Origin: Nemertoderma westbladi | Lineage: Eukaryota; Animalia; Xenacoelomorpha | Reading direction: 5' to 3' | Assembly: GCA_032718475.1 (NCBI GenBank) | Contig: JAUCBJ010008130.1 | Location: 53,636-117,635 of the forward strand | DNA: 64,000 nucleotides | In this document: piece by piece, positions 48,701 to 62,892 of the stretch | Layout: each line of letters starts with the position of its first letter | How positions within the stretch are numbered: the first letter of the stretch is position 1 | Notes under the pieces: generated by a model | What the model saw: only the letters and a program-made list of their open reading frames with translations | Databases searched by the model: none | What the model was told of the DNA's origin: nothing | Program-made: the position numbers and the translations under genes

Positions 48701-51700
48701 TATTGTATATATATCACATTACATAGAGTAACGATATCGGTAATTAATTACTAGGCTAACAGTTGATACTTAATTACTAGACTTGCGTTAATTGTAGTTA
48801 TAGCAGTAGGCATTCAACTGTACAAACAAACATGTCTGACACAAAGCAAAACCTGTCAGACAGTCTCCTAGATACAACCATCTGTGATCCAGATAGGAGT
48901 GCAGAACGTTTGAGACCGAAGTTCAACTCACCTCCTACTGTAAGAAAGATCATCCCTCCAGTAGTAGTATCAGACCCTAGGCTAGTCAAACACCGTAGGT
49001 CTATCATAGGCACTCGGGCTCGAGTCAAGCGGGACCAAGAAGCAGCTGTTAAACAGCAGCAACACCCGAGCCGAGAACTTATTTCTCAGCGGCCCGATAG
49101 CTCCAGTAGTTCAGATACTGTAGAGTTGACAACCGAGTGCGGAGCAAAGATGGCAGATGCGGTTTATTCGGATCCCCTTCTCATTCTTCCTGCAGCCGTA
49201 CTCACTAGGGTATTGATTGCGGTGGAAGAACACCAAATCGATTGGGCGAGAAGTAAGCGATCGACCAAGGACAGTTATGCGGGATACACAAGGGAGGAAC
49301 TAAAGTCTATTGTCGAGACGCAATGGAACTTCCCCGGACCCGGACTCCCGTTTAACTTATCGGAAGCTGCCTGGGAGGACTTATACAGGATGGGAGTGAC
49401 AAAGGACACTAGTGATCCAGCTGTGTGGAAGAGGTCGGCAGCGGGATATGTACAGGGATTCTTCAGCTCTTTGGAGCGATTAGAGGAACAACTGTTTCAA
49501 CAACATCAAGGACCTCAAGAACAGGGAGAGCTGCTTTATCAAGTTCGAGTAAGAACCCTAAGAATCAGACTACTCCTATCAGCATTTGAGGAAGCTTCGA
49601 AGAGAACCTAAGACACGTCGTTGCAAGTTGCTGTAAAGACTTGGTTACAACCGGTGAGTCTCAAGGTTCAAGGAACGACCCAATGGAAAATTCAGCTAAC
49701 TGAGCGCTCGACCCACGGAGAATCAACAGACGCTGCCTTTTCTCAAGTGGAAAGCGAGGTTACATTAGAGAAACCTCAGAAGAAGGACGCTATTGACATC
49801 TATCTGTCGGACTATCAACGATTTTTAGGTGATGAAGAGTTGAGGAGACGGCTGGCTGGACTTCGCCCTAATAGTGAAGGAGACAAGTTTGTGTTGGACG
49901 CAATAGACGCAGAAATGATAGCTGCAAACCAAGCTAAATTTGATGAACGCATCCGCATCGCTAGGGTCCAAGAAGAACAAGTAAAGAAGAAACAGATAGA
50001 AGACAGACAGGAAGCGGCAGCGGTAGAAGCTGAAAGAAAAGCGGCAGCGGAAGCGGCAGCGGCAGAGGCTGAAAGGAAAGCGGCAGAGGCAGCGGCAGAA
50101 GCTGAAAAGAAAGCGGCAGCGGCAGCGGCAGAAGCGGAGAGAAAAGTAGCAGCTGCAGAAGTTGAAAGAAAGGCCGCATTGGCAGTGGCGGAAACCAAAC
50201 GGAAGGCATCTGAAGAGACAGCCCAACTAGAGTTGGAAAATCTTCAAGAGAAGCAAGATTACCTAAATAAACAAATAACAGCTAGTCAGATGCAGATGAT
50301 AAGTCGATCTACTCCCAAGAGACAGGGATTTACATCATCTGATGAAGGCGATACCACCGATCCTGAAGGCGGAGGAAATAGATCTCATTCCAACAGACGT
50401 AGAAGAATGCCTCACCATCAGAAATTGCCTAATTTGCCCCCAGCTGTGAGAAGGCAACTAGCTAAAGCAGACTTATGTAGCACAGAACCCACTGACCAAA
50501 GTATTAGAGTAGAAAGACTCCCCACTATAGTGGATGAGCCTGAAATAATTAGGCCTGTTCTCGAAGCCACTCCCTCTGTGATAGAGACCACTGTACTTCC
50601 AGAACCTAACTCTAAATTCTCTTTGCACAGTACTAAACTACCTGTATCCCGTGGGACAGTTTCTCAGTCAACTCCGGTCCTGGACGCCGAGCGAGACATT
50701 AACAATTTGTCACCCGTCGTCCCTCGTCTACCCGCTACTATGTTGGCGGCTCCCGCTTCGGCGGTCGAGTGGGTGGATGAATGATGGCGGGGGATGGATA
50801 TTCTCCTCGGGCAGATGGAGAATCAGGCACGCTCCTCCCAGCAGGTCCGAGAGTTGGAGGGGACTGTTCAACAGTTAAGGGGAACAGTAAGAGAGAGTAG
50901 GTTAGAATTGCAGGAAGTGCAGCAGAGTATCGCGTTAGAACGCGATGAGTTAGTAAATCTACAAAAGGGTATACCAACACCCCCTGTAACAATGTGTCAA
51001 CCTGTTAGGTCTGAAGTATTTCATGCACAAGGTGTGGAGCCTACACGCATCTTTACTGCTAGTGAAGTAGAAACTCCTATAGTAAACCCTATTAAGGGTA
51101 ATTATAAACCTGTTGACAATGATATTCCATATAGACCTGATAATAATCCGAGAAATTTATATACCGATAACTCGATATTATATAATACGATGGCCCAAGA
51201 AAGTTTTACGCGTCAAATGGCTAGAACCGAAGCCCGTCAAGCGGTAAAGGTGGGAGAGATCGTCAAGTTCAATGGAGATGAGATGAGATGAAATGGTTAC
51301 CTTTTAATGAATATTATAAAGATAACATACAGAACTCTGTGCTATCTAATGGAGAGAAACTTAGATTCCTCATCGAGTGCTTGGAAGGATCTCCCAAGTT
51401 AATGGTGTTAAAGTTTATTGGACATCCAGATGGATTAAGACAAGTTTGGAATACACTAAACATCAGGTATGGTAATAGGAATAACATAGCTAGGTATTTG
51501 TATGCGAAATTGGTAGCGCCCCGAAAGTTCATTAGCAGCGGGATTATAGAGTTTTCCGATGAGATTCAGGAGATCTGTAGACAATTAGATTGGCTAGGTA
51601 AGTCTCATGAATATCAGAGTTCTATGGTTATTGGAGCTGTAGCATCTACTTTACCAAAGGGTGGAGTAGGTACACGCTGGGACAAGAAAGTGTTATATAT

Positions 51701-54700
51701 GATGGAACAACAACGAAGAGACCCTACCATGGCTGATCTCATGTCATTCTTAGATGGAGAGGTAAAATTACAGCTCCTAAAGCAGTCCAGAGAGAAGACA
51801 CCGGAAAATAAGGTAAGTGAGAAACCCGTTTCTAGGAGAAAGGTAACACCAGTGTGTTATACAGACGACGGCGAAAGCCAGGCTTCTCAAGAGGAGGATA
51901 GCGGGAAAGACACTGAAAGATCTTACTATGTCAACAAAGCGCCTAAAGTAAATTTAAGTCTCGAACCAATGACAGGAGAGAACAGGTAACAAAAACTCCT
52001 CCTACGTCTCCTAAGAGAGTTCACGGAAGAAAGCCCAAGGAAAGAACGAGAGTGCACAACGTTACCCAAGGTAAAGTAAGTAACATCAAACCAAAATGTG
52101 CGCTGTGCGACGGGCCCCACCGTTTAAGTGTGTGTGATGAATTTTTAAAGAAATCACTAAAAGATAGACGTGAAGTCATGTGGGATAAGCGGTTGCGTTA
52201 TAATTGCCTCAGACAAGGACACCAACGGCGAACCTGTTACTCCGACGCAAGGTTTGCAAAGTGCGGCGCGAAACATCATATCTTGTTGCACACTGAATTC
52301 GAAAGAAACAGCCCGAGCCAGGTAAGTGAGTCCGAACTACATGTCCAATTCAGTGATGTGAACGACACTGACCAAAGTTCTGAGATGGAAGGATTCTATA
52401 CGGATGAATTCTCCGACGAAAACGAATCCTGTTACCTAATAAATACCGCAGTGTATCGAGCACTTACGTATGAGAAGGAAACCGATAGTGAGCTCCCCCT
52501 AACTACTCCTGACCGACAACCATCTTGGAAAGCACCAACTTCCAACGTAGGAATCCGAGAATTTCCCGTAGTGCAGTTGAGAGTCCACGGGTCAGAAAAG
52601 AGCTATATAGTGAGCGCCCTCCTTGACTCCGGCAGCACAGGAACATTCATCGATAAAGAACTAGCCGAAGACATCTTTGCTGGACAACCCAAGTTCCGAA
52701 CTAAGTTGAACCTTTCAGGAATTATGCAGGTTTGGAAATCTACAGTAACTACAGATTACTATGTAGGCGCGTTGTCCACCCCCCAGGATGAACTAGGAGA
52801 ACACAGCATAAGGTCAGTAAAAATGGTGGCGATAAAGAACTTCGCTACCAGCCAAGTGGAACCTTATAACTGGGATGAGGATGATTTCACCCAACAGCAT
52901 GAGATACCTAGATTCAACATAGATTACCCTGGAGTGCAAATACTCATCGGCCAAAATGCGCATGAGGAGCTTGAGACATTGGAGAAACGGCCTGCTCAAC
53001 CGCAACCACTGCAAACCTATGCGGGAAGAACTAGAGTAGGTTGGTACTTTACTGCACCTTCCCGTAGAACTCTCATGGAAAGGCTACCCAAAGAACGAGT
53101 CTACCAGGTGAGTGAATGGGAAGAGGAGACCAGTGAGGGAGACGACCCACCTGAGGGAACACCATACTCCTCAGATAATGACGATATCCACCAACTATTC
53201 GACGAGGAGAATACCATCGACCTCCTTACGGAAAATGAAACTTGGCAAAACCAAGTGAACCTATGTCACCTCATTCATCCAGCGTGACAAGTCGATTACA
53301 ACGACGAACTGAATGAAGTGATAGATCGCTACAACGCGAAGACTCGTGATGAACACGCCGTACGATTCTTTACTCAAGAGGCTATAGAGCCCAATTCCTA
53401 CGATAAGGCCCTATCAGTAGCAGAAGAAAGAGCCAAGCAGATACAGGAAACAACTACACGTTTTCTTAAAGATCAAGTTAGATATGAGATTGGTCTGCCT
53501 TTCCGACGGCGAGAACCCAATTTTATAAACAACCGACCCTTGGCGGAGAAGAGAATTGCGCAACTTCATCGACGCCTTACGGCAAATGCTTCAGCTAAGG
53601 AGATGTACAAGACCCAGTTGAAGAAATTCATTGACAAGGGATATGCGGAGCGAGTACCGGAAGAAACACCCATAACTGAGAGAAAGTACTATCTAACACA
53701 TCATTACGTTCCCAAACCCGGTAAACCCAACGAAGTCCGGGTAGTATTTGACGGCTCCGCCCTCTACATGGGCCAATCCCTTAATTCCGAGTTGTTGCCA
53801 GGACCCAACTTACTCCAATCCTTGTTGGGAATACTCTTAAGATTACGACAATATTCAATCGCTTTCGCCTCCGATATAGAAGGCATGTTCTTACAAGTTA
53901 AGGCGCTGGATAGAGATCGAGACAGCCTACGATTTCTGTGGTGGCCTGAAGGCGACCTCAACCAGAAACCGGTGGAGTACTGGATGACCATCCAGGCTTT
54001 TGGGATCATCTCGAGCCCTTCAAACGCCTGCTCAGTAGTGCGTACCACTGCTGATGACAACCGGGACGCCTTCTCCAAAGAGGTTATCAACAACATCAAA
54101 CGGGATATATACATGGACGACAATTTAAAGTCCCTCCCATCGGTGGAAGAAGCCATTGATGTCGCCAAAGAACGGTAGAGTGCTTGAAAAGAGGTGGATT
54201 TCGATTAACTAAATTCACCAGTAACTCCCGTGAATTTCTGGAATCGATCCCAGTAGAAGACCGAGGAGTTAAAGATCTAGACCTTATCAAGGACGATCTT
54301 CCAGAAACCAAGACGCTTGGTTTGAAATGGGACACAGAGAGAGATATCCTGTTTTTCCAGCTAAAACAGCGAGATAATCCAGTTCGGACTAAACGGATTT
54401 GTCTAAGTATCCTGAGCACTTATTTCGATCCATTGGGATTTATTAGCCCAGTTATATTGATTGCTCGGAGTTTAGTACAACAAATGTGGCTTGAAAACCA
54501 CTCATGGGATGATCCACTTAAGGGAGAACTATTAAAGAAATGGATGAAATGGGAAGATTCTCTACCATCCATCGAGAACTTTATAATTTCCCGTTCATAT
54601 TTTGGTCATGTTCTCCCCACGTATTCCTATCAACTCCATGTGTTTGGAGATGCCAGCGATATGGGAATAGGTATAGTAGCCTACCTGAGAGTTGAAACTC

Positions 54701-57700
54701 CGGATGGAATTAAGGTCGCCTTGGTTACCTCTAAGGCCTTGATTAACAACAAGTTGAAAGTTCCTCGAGCGGAGTTAAAAGCGGCTCTATACGCTACAGC
54801 CATCGGCCGGAATGTAACAGAACAGATCGACTATCCACTGGAGAAAACTGTCTATTGGACCGATGCTTTACTCATGTTGGAGTATATAACCAATGAAGTC
54901 TGTCAGTTCAGCGTCTTCGTTACCAACAGAGTAGCCATTATACTTAGTCGCACGAAGATAGATCAATGGAGACATTGCCCCGGAACGATTAATCCAGCCG
55001 ACATCGCCTCCAGAGGAGCAACTCCACAAGAACTGATAGATACTCCAGACTGGTTAGGTGGACCCGACTTCCTAAGCAAAGAAGAGGATGAATGGCCTCC
55101 TCATCATACCACGGCGGAGATTAGACAAGCCAAGGGAGCGGAGAAAGTCAAACCTAAAACCCGAGCGAGTAAATCGAAGTTATTTAAACCCGTGATAGAT
55201 CTGTCTGTACTACACACTTCCGGAGACGACGCTTTGGATCCAAAAACCCCAGCCACAAATAAGTCTGTTGTGGAAATCAGAGAGAGAGATTGGAAATCTG
55301 GAACACCAGACGTCTCGCAGGGACTCTCACCCCTCCTGCAGAGAGCGATACATCACTATAGTTCCTGGAATCGGCTCTGTAAGGCCGTTACATATTTAAA
55401 GCGATGTTTTCATCATCACTACTCCAGGACGAAGACCGCTAGTGGTACCACTCCACTGACATCTGCTCAGGTCCATGTTGTTAAAGATCTTCCCAAATAC
55501 AAGATATCGGACAGATTTCTGAAGGAGAGAATCAGTTACCAGGAGCATGAAGAAACCAATAAGCAGATACTGAGACTCCTGCAATGCTATGAGGATTCCG
55601 ATAAGTATTTCCTGTTGTTGAGAAATCCACAGATGCGCTTAAGGGATCGTTTCTCTAGCACAATGATAGATGGGTTGATATGCGTTGGAGGAAGACTAAC
55701 TAATGCTCCATTATCCTTTGACACTAAGTTTCCCATACTCATTAGAAATCTTGAAATACAAATCAAGATGATTGTAGATGTTCACAGTAAGCTTTATCAT
55801 GCAGGTAGAGAACGAGTTCTTAGCGAAATTCGAACTCGCTATTATTTTCATAAACCCCGTAGAGCTCTGAACCAAGTTCTTAGGAACTGCATACCCTGTA
55901 GGAAAGCATTCAGTAGGCCTTTAACACAGCGAGAGGCAGAATTACCTAGGGAACGAGTAAGCTTCTATGAACCACCCTTCACAAATACCGGTGTGGATTT
56001 ATTTGGCCCTATTGAAGTATATCGTGCTAGGACTATAGTCAAGAGATGGTGTGTCATCTTTGTCTGTATGACTTGTAGAGCTATCCATCTCGATATGGTG
56101 AACGATTTATCTACCAATATCTTCATATTGAGCTTACGCCGACAGATCGCTCGCTTTGGAACTAGTAACACGATGAGATCTGATAAGGGAACGAACTTCA
56201 TTGGTGCCAATAATGAAATCAAGGCTTACGTCAAAGATTGGAACCAAAGACAGGTGGACGATCAGCTAAGGGTAACAGCGTCTAGCTGGACCTTCAACGC
56301 CGCCGACGCCCCTTGGTGGGGAGGAAGTTAGGAGAGATTAATCAGGAGCGTGAAGACCACATTTCACTTTATAGTGCCGTGCCGCGCTTATCTCACCGAC
56401 GAACTTTTGCGGACGTTAATGGAGGAAATCGCCGCCTATCTCAACGAGAGACCGCTTATGCCAGTCTCATCGAGTCCCGATTCCCTGGAAGCGCTAACAC
56501 CCGCGCACTTCCTACTGAAGAAACCTGTAGCCATGCTCCCACGATCGGAAATCACGGACGGAGACGAATACTGCCGGCAAACTTGGCAACTTATGCAGTT
56601 GTTATCCCGTCGTTTCGCTGACCATTTCGAAAAACATTATCTGCCTACACTACTCACTTCGAACTAAGTGGTTTGCGCAGCAAGAAAACGTCAGCGCAGG
56701 AGACATGGTCATTATTGTGGAGTCAGATCTTCCACGTAAGCGGTGGCAGACAGGTCGTATCATCGAGACTCATATCTCAGATGATGATTTGGTGCGATCG
56801 GTAGAACTCGTCGTCATGCGACGTAACTTTAAGAAACCGGGAATTGTCTTCGAGACGCAGCAGCTCAATCGCCCAGTTGGTCGTTTATGTTTACTGTAAA
56901 GGGACAGAGAACTCTCCGGAAACTATGGAAGGCAAGATACTCTTCCCACGACCACCTCCCTAATCCAACCAACATCCAGGGACTCCCCAACGTGACAGCA
57001 TCTGGAGTGGGTGTGTGACTATATTATTTCATATATTTTTATTATTTTTATATTTATGTATGTATTATTATGTACTCTTATTATAATCGTTTTCTTTAAT
57101 TTTATTTAGTAGAATGTTGTTTTAGCGATTATCTAGTAGATTAGTGCAATATATATTAGTCTTATTACTTAATTACTTATATTATATATATTTAGTGCGA
57201 CGGCGAGAAAAATTCTTTTTCTCTTTCCTTACTACTGTCCGTATTACATTATAAATACGTGACTACAGTAAGATGAATTATCCGTACTTATTAAAGTACA
57301 ATAAAGCTCCTACTATATTTAAGTATTATTGGTAAGTAGAGTATTAGGAATGCAAAGTTCAGATCCTCGTGTCTCAGCTAAACCAAACTCTGGGTAGACC
57401 TTGGAAACGACTTGCCTCTTCTCACTGACATTGCTCCTTGCAATATTGCTCTCATACTGTATATTAAATAATACATATAGTAGCGTGATGTCCCTTTAAC
57501 AGTAGCGTACGACGCAAATAAATCTGTTAAACCCTTTGACCATCTGTAATTCTAGTCGATTAAGATATCGTGGCACCCACCGATATACTTGAAAGACAAA
57601 ATTCTAGAATCAGTGGTTAACGTCCCCAGACAAGCTCTGGAATAAATTGGTGCCCACCTTAAATATTAACTATTAATATTTGTAAAATCTGTCAAATAGA

Positions 57701-57970
57701 TACAATAGAGTAATTACTTACAAGTTAACTCTAGAAAATCTATAAATTAAAATCTGTAAAATTTTAGATCCTTTAAAATTATAGTCTATTAAGATATCGT
57801 AGCACTTACCGATACTCTTAACAAATAAAGCCAGTAAAGCTTATTAAAATTGTTTCACAAGTTACTCACTTGTAGGAACAGCAGTTGTTGTAGGAACTTC
57901 TGTTTTTGTACCTAAAACAAAATAAAATATGATATTTACGGATCTCTGCAATAATATTCATATTTTAATC
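45728..57970 (+). mobile_element. BEL/Pao element C (5' LTR/leader ~3.1 kb, degenerate gag-pol, no 3' LTR in window)
   Basis: Starts TGTAAAGGCTTTTG after GACTG; 5' region homologous to element D; BEL pol motifs. Confidence 0.85.
48832..56899 (+). pseudogene. Element C Gag-Pol with multiple stops/frameshifts
   Basis: CALCDGPH/CLRQGHQRRTC knuckles, LLDSGS, YMDD, FGDAS, GVDLFGP, SDKGTNF; the TAA at 49609 corresponds to CAG in element D. Confidence 0.93.
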
Positions 57971-57974
57971 TTAA

Positions 57975-58532
57975 CCCTATTAGTACCGGGCTATAAAATG
58001 TTCTACAAATACCGGGGGGGGGGGGGGGGGGGGGTCATATTGACCCCTCCTCCCCTCTAAAATCTACAAATTTTTACGAAAACGTCTGATTTTTTGTTTG
58101 CACGTAGGTATCACTAGTCTGGATCCGACCGAAAAAAAAAATTTTCGAAAAATATACTGGGGTGGTTATATTGCAGCACCAAAATTACAAGTAGTGCACA
58201 ATTTTCACAAAATTTGAAAGTTACTTTTTTCGGCTAATTGTTTTTCAATACAGGTTTTCTGGGGCGCAAAATAGATTGGAAAATATGTAAAAATGAATTA
58301 GTTACTATAAATGGCAGTTTAGTCCTCTCTGCGTAGGAAAAAATGAAAAAAACAAGTAACCAGCACTTTTCAGTTTGAACACAAAATTTTTAATTCACTT
58401 ATACGATGCTATAAATTCACATTTTTAGGTTTTCTTGGGCGCTGATTCTAATGAAATACATTTCTAATATGCCAGATCATTGCAACTTGTATTTTTCGGC
58501 GTAATTTGGCAAATTTTGGTGCTAAAATTGCT
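57975..58532. mobile_element. piggyBac-like non-autonomous element end
   Basis: TTAA|CCCT terminus and GGGGTCATATTGACCCC subterminal palindrome; other end not seen. Confidence 0.45.
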
Positions 58533-59539
58533 GGTCGGTCGGTCGGTCGGTCGGTCAGTCGGTCGGTCGGTCGGTCGGTCGGTCGGTCGGTCGGTCGGTC
58601 GGTCGGTCGGTCGGTCGGTCGGTCGGTCGGTCGGTCGGTCGGTCGGTCGGTCGGTCGGTCGGTCGGTCGGTCGGTCGGTCGGTCGGTCGGTCGGTCGGTC
58701 GGTCGGTCGGTCGGTCGGTCGGTCGGTCGGTCGGTCGGTCGGTCGGTCGGTCGGTCGGTCGGTCGGTCGGTCGGTCGGTCGGTCGGTCGGTCGGTCGGTC
58801 GGTCGGTCGGTCGGTCGGTCGGTCGGTCGGTCGGTCGGTCGGTCGGTCGGTCGGTCGGTCGGTCGGTCGGTCGGTCGGTCGGTCGGTCGGTCGGTCGGTC
58901 GGTCGGTCGGTCGGTCGGTCGTCGGTCGGTCGGTCGGTCGGTCGGTCGGTCGGTCGGTCGGTCGGTCGGTCGGTCGGTCGGTCGGTCGGTCGGTCGGTCG
59001 GTCGGTCGGTCGGTCGGTCGGTCGGTCGGTCGGTCGGTCGGTCGGTCGGTCGGTCGGTCGGTCGGTCGGTCGGTCGGTCGGTCGGTCGGTCGGTCGGTCG
59101 GTCGGTCGGTCGGTCGGTCGGTCGGTCGGTCGGTCGGTCGGTCGGTCGGTCGGTCGGTCGGTCGGTCGGTCGGTCGGTCGGTCGGTCGGTCGGTCGGTCG
59201 GTCGGTCGGTCGGTCGGTCGGTCGGTCGGTCGGTCGGTCGGTCGGTCGGTCGGTCGGTCGGTCGGTCGGTCGGTCGGTCGGTCGGTCGGTCGGTCGGTCG
59301 GTCGGTCGGTCGGTCGGTCGGTCGGTCGGTCGGTCGGTCGGTCGGTCGGTCGGTCGGTCGGTCGGTCGGTCGGTCGGTCGGTCGGTCGGTCGGTCGGTCG
59401 GTCGGTCGGTCGGTCGGTCGGTCGGTCGGTCGGTCGGTCGGTCGGTCGGTCGGTCGGTCGGTCGGTCGGTCGGTCGGTCGGTCGGTCGGTCGGTCGGTCG
59501 GTCGGTCGGTCGGTCGGTCGGTCGGTCGGTCGGTCAGTC
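58533..59539. repeat. (GGTC)n microsatellite, ~1 kb
   Basis: Read directly; AGTC variants only at ~58557 and at the last unit. Confidence 0.98.
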
Positions 59540-61040
59540 TGTAAAAGCTTTTGTGGGATAACTGACACGTTTGCCTTTGCTGGCCAGTTCCCCCCCGGTC
59601 GCTAGAATACTCTCAAAGGGATTTATAACTAAAATAGTGCAAGCTACCAGCTTATTGGCTGATGTGCTGTGTGGAGATATCTGGGCTCAGTTTAATCGGC
59701 CAACTAGCTGTAGGGAGGTTGCCTAAGCCTTGCTGTCCGTGTCGGCCAATAGAATTTGCGTAGGCGTTGATTTCGACCTATCCCAGCGCTACTGAACTGA
59801 ATTTCCTATCTCTATGCTCATCCTCTGTGTTGAACGGAGCTTCGGGGAATAAGGGTATTTTGGTATACTCGTATAGTGGTAGTAGTCATATGATTTTATA
59901 TGATTCTGTTGTTGTGTTCCCATTTTTCGCCATAACACCGGCTTTTTGGGAAGAACTCTAGTAAAACTGCTTAAATTATCGAAAGTATAAACTGTTACCT
60001 ACTCGACTAACTAATCTAATCAATCTTAACTCACTATTAATCATATTGTTTGTACTGTTATTTACCGTCAGTTATTAATTGTACCTATTTGTTGATGGAA
60101 ATATTGCTCTTTGGATAATACGGATAAATCTCCCAAATTTCCCAATTTTCTTGATACACTACAGGTTAGAGAGACAGGCTATACATAACAATTGCGATTT
60201 ATATTAATGTGGTGTGTATTGAATCTAATGTTATTTAGCAGACCCTACATGAGTCAATTGCTGCTCTCTTTATGTGTGATCAAATATACTGACGGTCGGC
60301 AGAATAGTGTGCATGATTGTGATTGGTAACAAAGCATTTCCTAAAGAATGCGCTTTATACTTTAATCATAAGCAGTATCGTTGCGTTTAGTATAAGTCCT
60401 AGTTCTGTTTAAATAGATAGAGCGCCACGTCCTAAAGGAACTGTTAATATTTCCCGAAAGCCAATAATATCTGTCAGAGAATTAATTATTAACGATCTAT
60501 CGAATAATACAGTAAGTTTACACTGCAACCTTACACTGCAATAATAAAATTTAAGCAGCCGAATTCAGCCTCCCGGGTGTAGATCCATCGGGTGAATGAT
60601 CGCGCATGGGCTGACTTCGGGTAATGTTTTGTGTATTAGCATAAAATATTGTCGTATGCTAAAGTTGTTTTAATTAACTAAAAGACATATAAATTTTGGC
60701 AGGTTAAACTGCTAAAGGTCTTCAAAAGCGCGAACAGTAACAGTTTATAATCTTATTGCAGTAGGCAATAAGGTTGCAAAATACCGTAGTGACTGGTAAA
60801 ACTGAACCGGTACTTCTGTAGGTCAGTAGGCCTAACTGTCATCACCGGTACCGGTACTGCTGTACAAGTACATTTAGTATTATTCGATTTTGATTATTGT
60901 ATACCGGTAGGCTGTTTAAGAGATTAGGGACTGTACACCCCTTGTTTCTTTTGGAGCTTACTTATTTCTGTCGGTTTTATTTCCTAGTAAGTTAATATTG
61001 AGCTGAAGACGTGTAAGTCTGCTCAGATTGTTCAAATAAT

Positions 61041-61614
61041 TGTAGGCTGAACTGCTGTCTGACTGTGTTGAGTTTGGAGAGATTACGGCGTGTGTAGAGT
61101 TTGTCTGATAAAGTGCCGTTAGTAAGTTGGGGCAGCCATATGCGGTAAGGTCAATCCCCTCTTAAAGAATAAGTCGTACTACCGTGTTAGAACGCATACT
61201 AACTAACAGTTTCAGAATCTGCATATACTGTAGTTTATTTAGGCTTGATTGTAGTCTGCCAGTGTTTTAGCCTGTGTTTGTTTGTGTGGTCTGTTCAGGT
61301 ACCGTAATAGTTATTACTCAGATATTTTGTAGGCTAGATTGTTGTCTAGCTATTCTTAGGCCTGAAGGGATTGCTGCGTGTGTAGAGTTGGTCTGATAAA
61401 GTGCCGTTAGTAAGTTGGGGCAGCCATATGCGGTAAGGTCAATCCCCTCTTAAAGAATAAGTCGTACTACCGTGCTAGAACGCATACTAACTAACAGTTT
61501 CAGAATCTGCACATACTGTAGTTTGTTTAGGCTTGATAGTAGTCTGCCAGCGTTTAGTTTGTATTTTGTTTGAGTATTCTGTACGGGTAGCGTAATATTT
61601 ATTATTCAGAGTTT
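61041..61614 (+). repeat. ~287-bp tandem duplication in the LTR/leader of element D
   Basis: Units start at 61041 and 61328; element C has a single copy (~47193-47495). Confidence 0.8.
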
Positions 61615-62892
61615 ATGCGATTATTCGCAACATTCATGTCCCCAAGTTTATTCCTACAGTAATTGTGCTTGTTATACATACCGTTATAGTTAAACTAACC
61701 CCGGTACTACATCAGGGCTGCTCGGCGTAGGTAAAGACTGGAGATTTTGTGCTTCGGTCACTCCAGCAGATGCCGTGGTTCTTTTAACTGTTCAAGTATA
61801 TTTAACTACTGATTATTTGTTATACCGGTACTTGTACCTAATTTAGGGTTTAGTGTACAGTGCTTTCCGAAGTAATTAGTGTAGGCAGTATATTTGTGTT
61901 GTAAAGTGGTTGATAGGCACATTCGTTAGCTCTATTAGCTTCTGGGTAGGAACAATCCGTGATACATAACGTAGTACCTATAGCGATACGGTTATAGGTC
62001 GTCAGGCGGTGGTATTTTCCTATCTGGACAGTACAATATATTTACTACTACTTATTATTTCAAATACCGTAGTACCCTGTCCGTTGTAATAACCAGAATT
62101 CTAACCCTTTGTTAGGCTGGTTTGTAGACTTCCTGTAAAATTACCCTAAAAATTTCGTACGTAATATTTTGTTGTGTTTAATTAGAGAATTAATCTCACC
62201 AGTATCGTAAGTAATTTGTAGTATTAAGTAACTTAGGTAAATTAGAATTATCAGTTTTAGTGTCAAATAAATAGCACTTCACTGAGAGCGCACAGCTTCT
62301 GTGTAGTGACTCCCCCAGAAATAATAACATTTATTTCAAATATTGACAAAAAACCCATTTAAACGGGTATATAAATATTATAAATCAAATCAAACGATTT
62401 ATAAATAGTAGGCCTGCCATACAACAACTAGGTCTCACTATCAGTTGGACTACTGCTTAAATAACGGTAATAAAGTAAGTTAAAGTAACTAAGTAACCCT
62501 AAAATATTCAGGAATTCAATTATTCTAAAAATAATTGACATACCGGTACTTACCATAGGCTTATTATATTTATTTCTATAAATTTGAGCTGAAATCATAC
62601 CGGTACTCTGTAATTAATTCTAGTTCATAATTATACTTATATATACTATAAGTGTAAGCTGTATACCGGTATTCAAGATAGGCCTATTATATATTTATAT
62701 ATATCTGTGTTAAATTTATATACCGGTACTCTGTGACAAACCTAGTTTACAATACTTATATATATTATAAGTGCATACCGGTATTCTAATATACTGCAAT
62801 AAATTACCGGTACTAGGCCAGTGGTCATACTGAATTACTAGACTTGCTTTAACTGTAACTATAGCAGTAAGCCTTCAACTGTATAGCTAAAC

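Noticed and set aside
45728-62892. 45728- and 59540- blocks as the two LTRs of one element
   Set aside because: Only ~80% similar, and both continue into gag, so they are two separate elements
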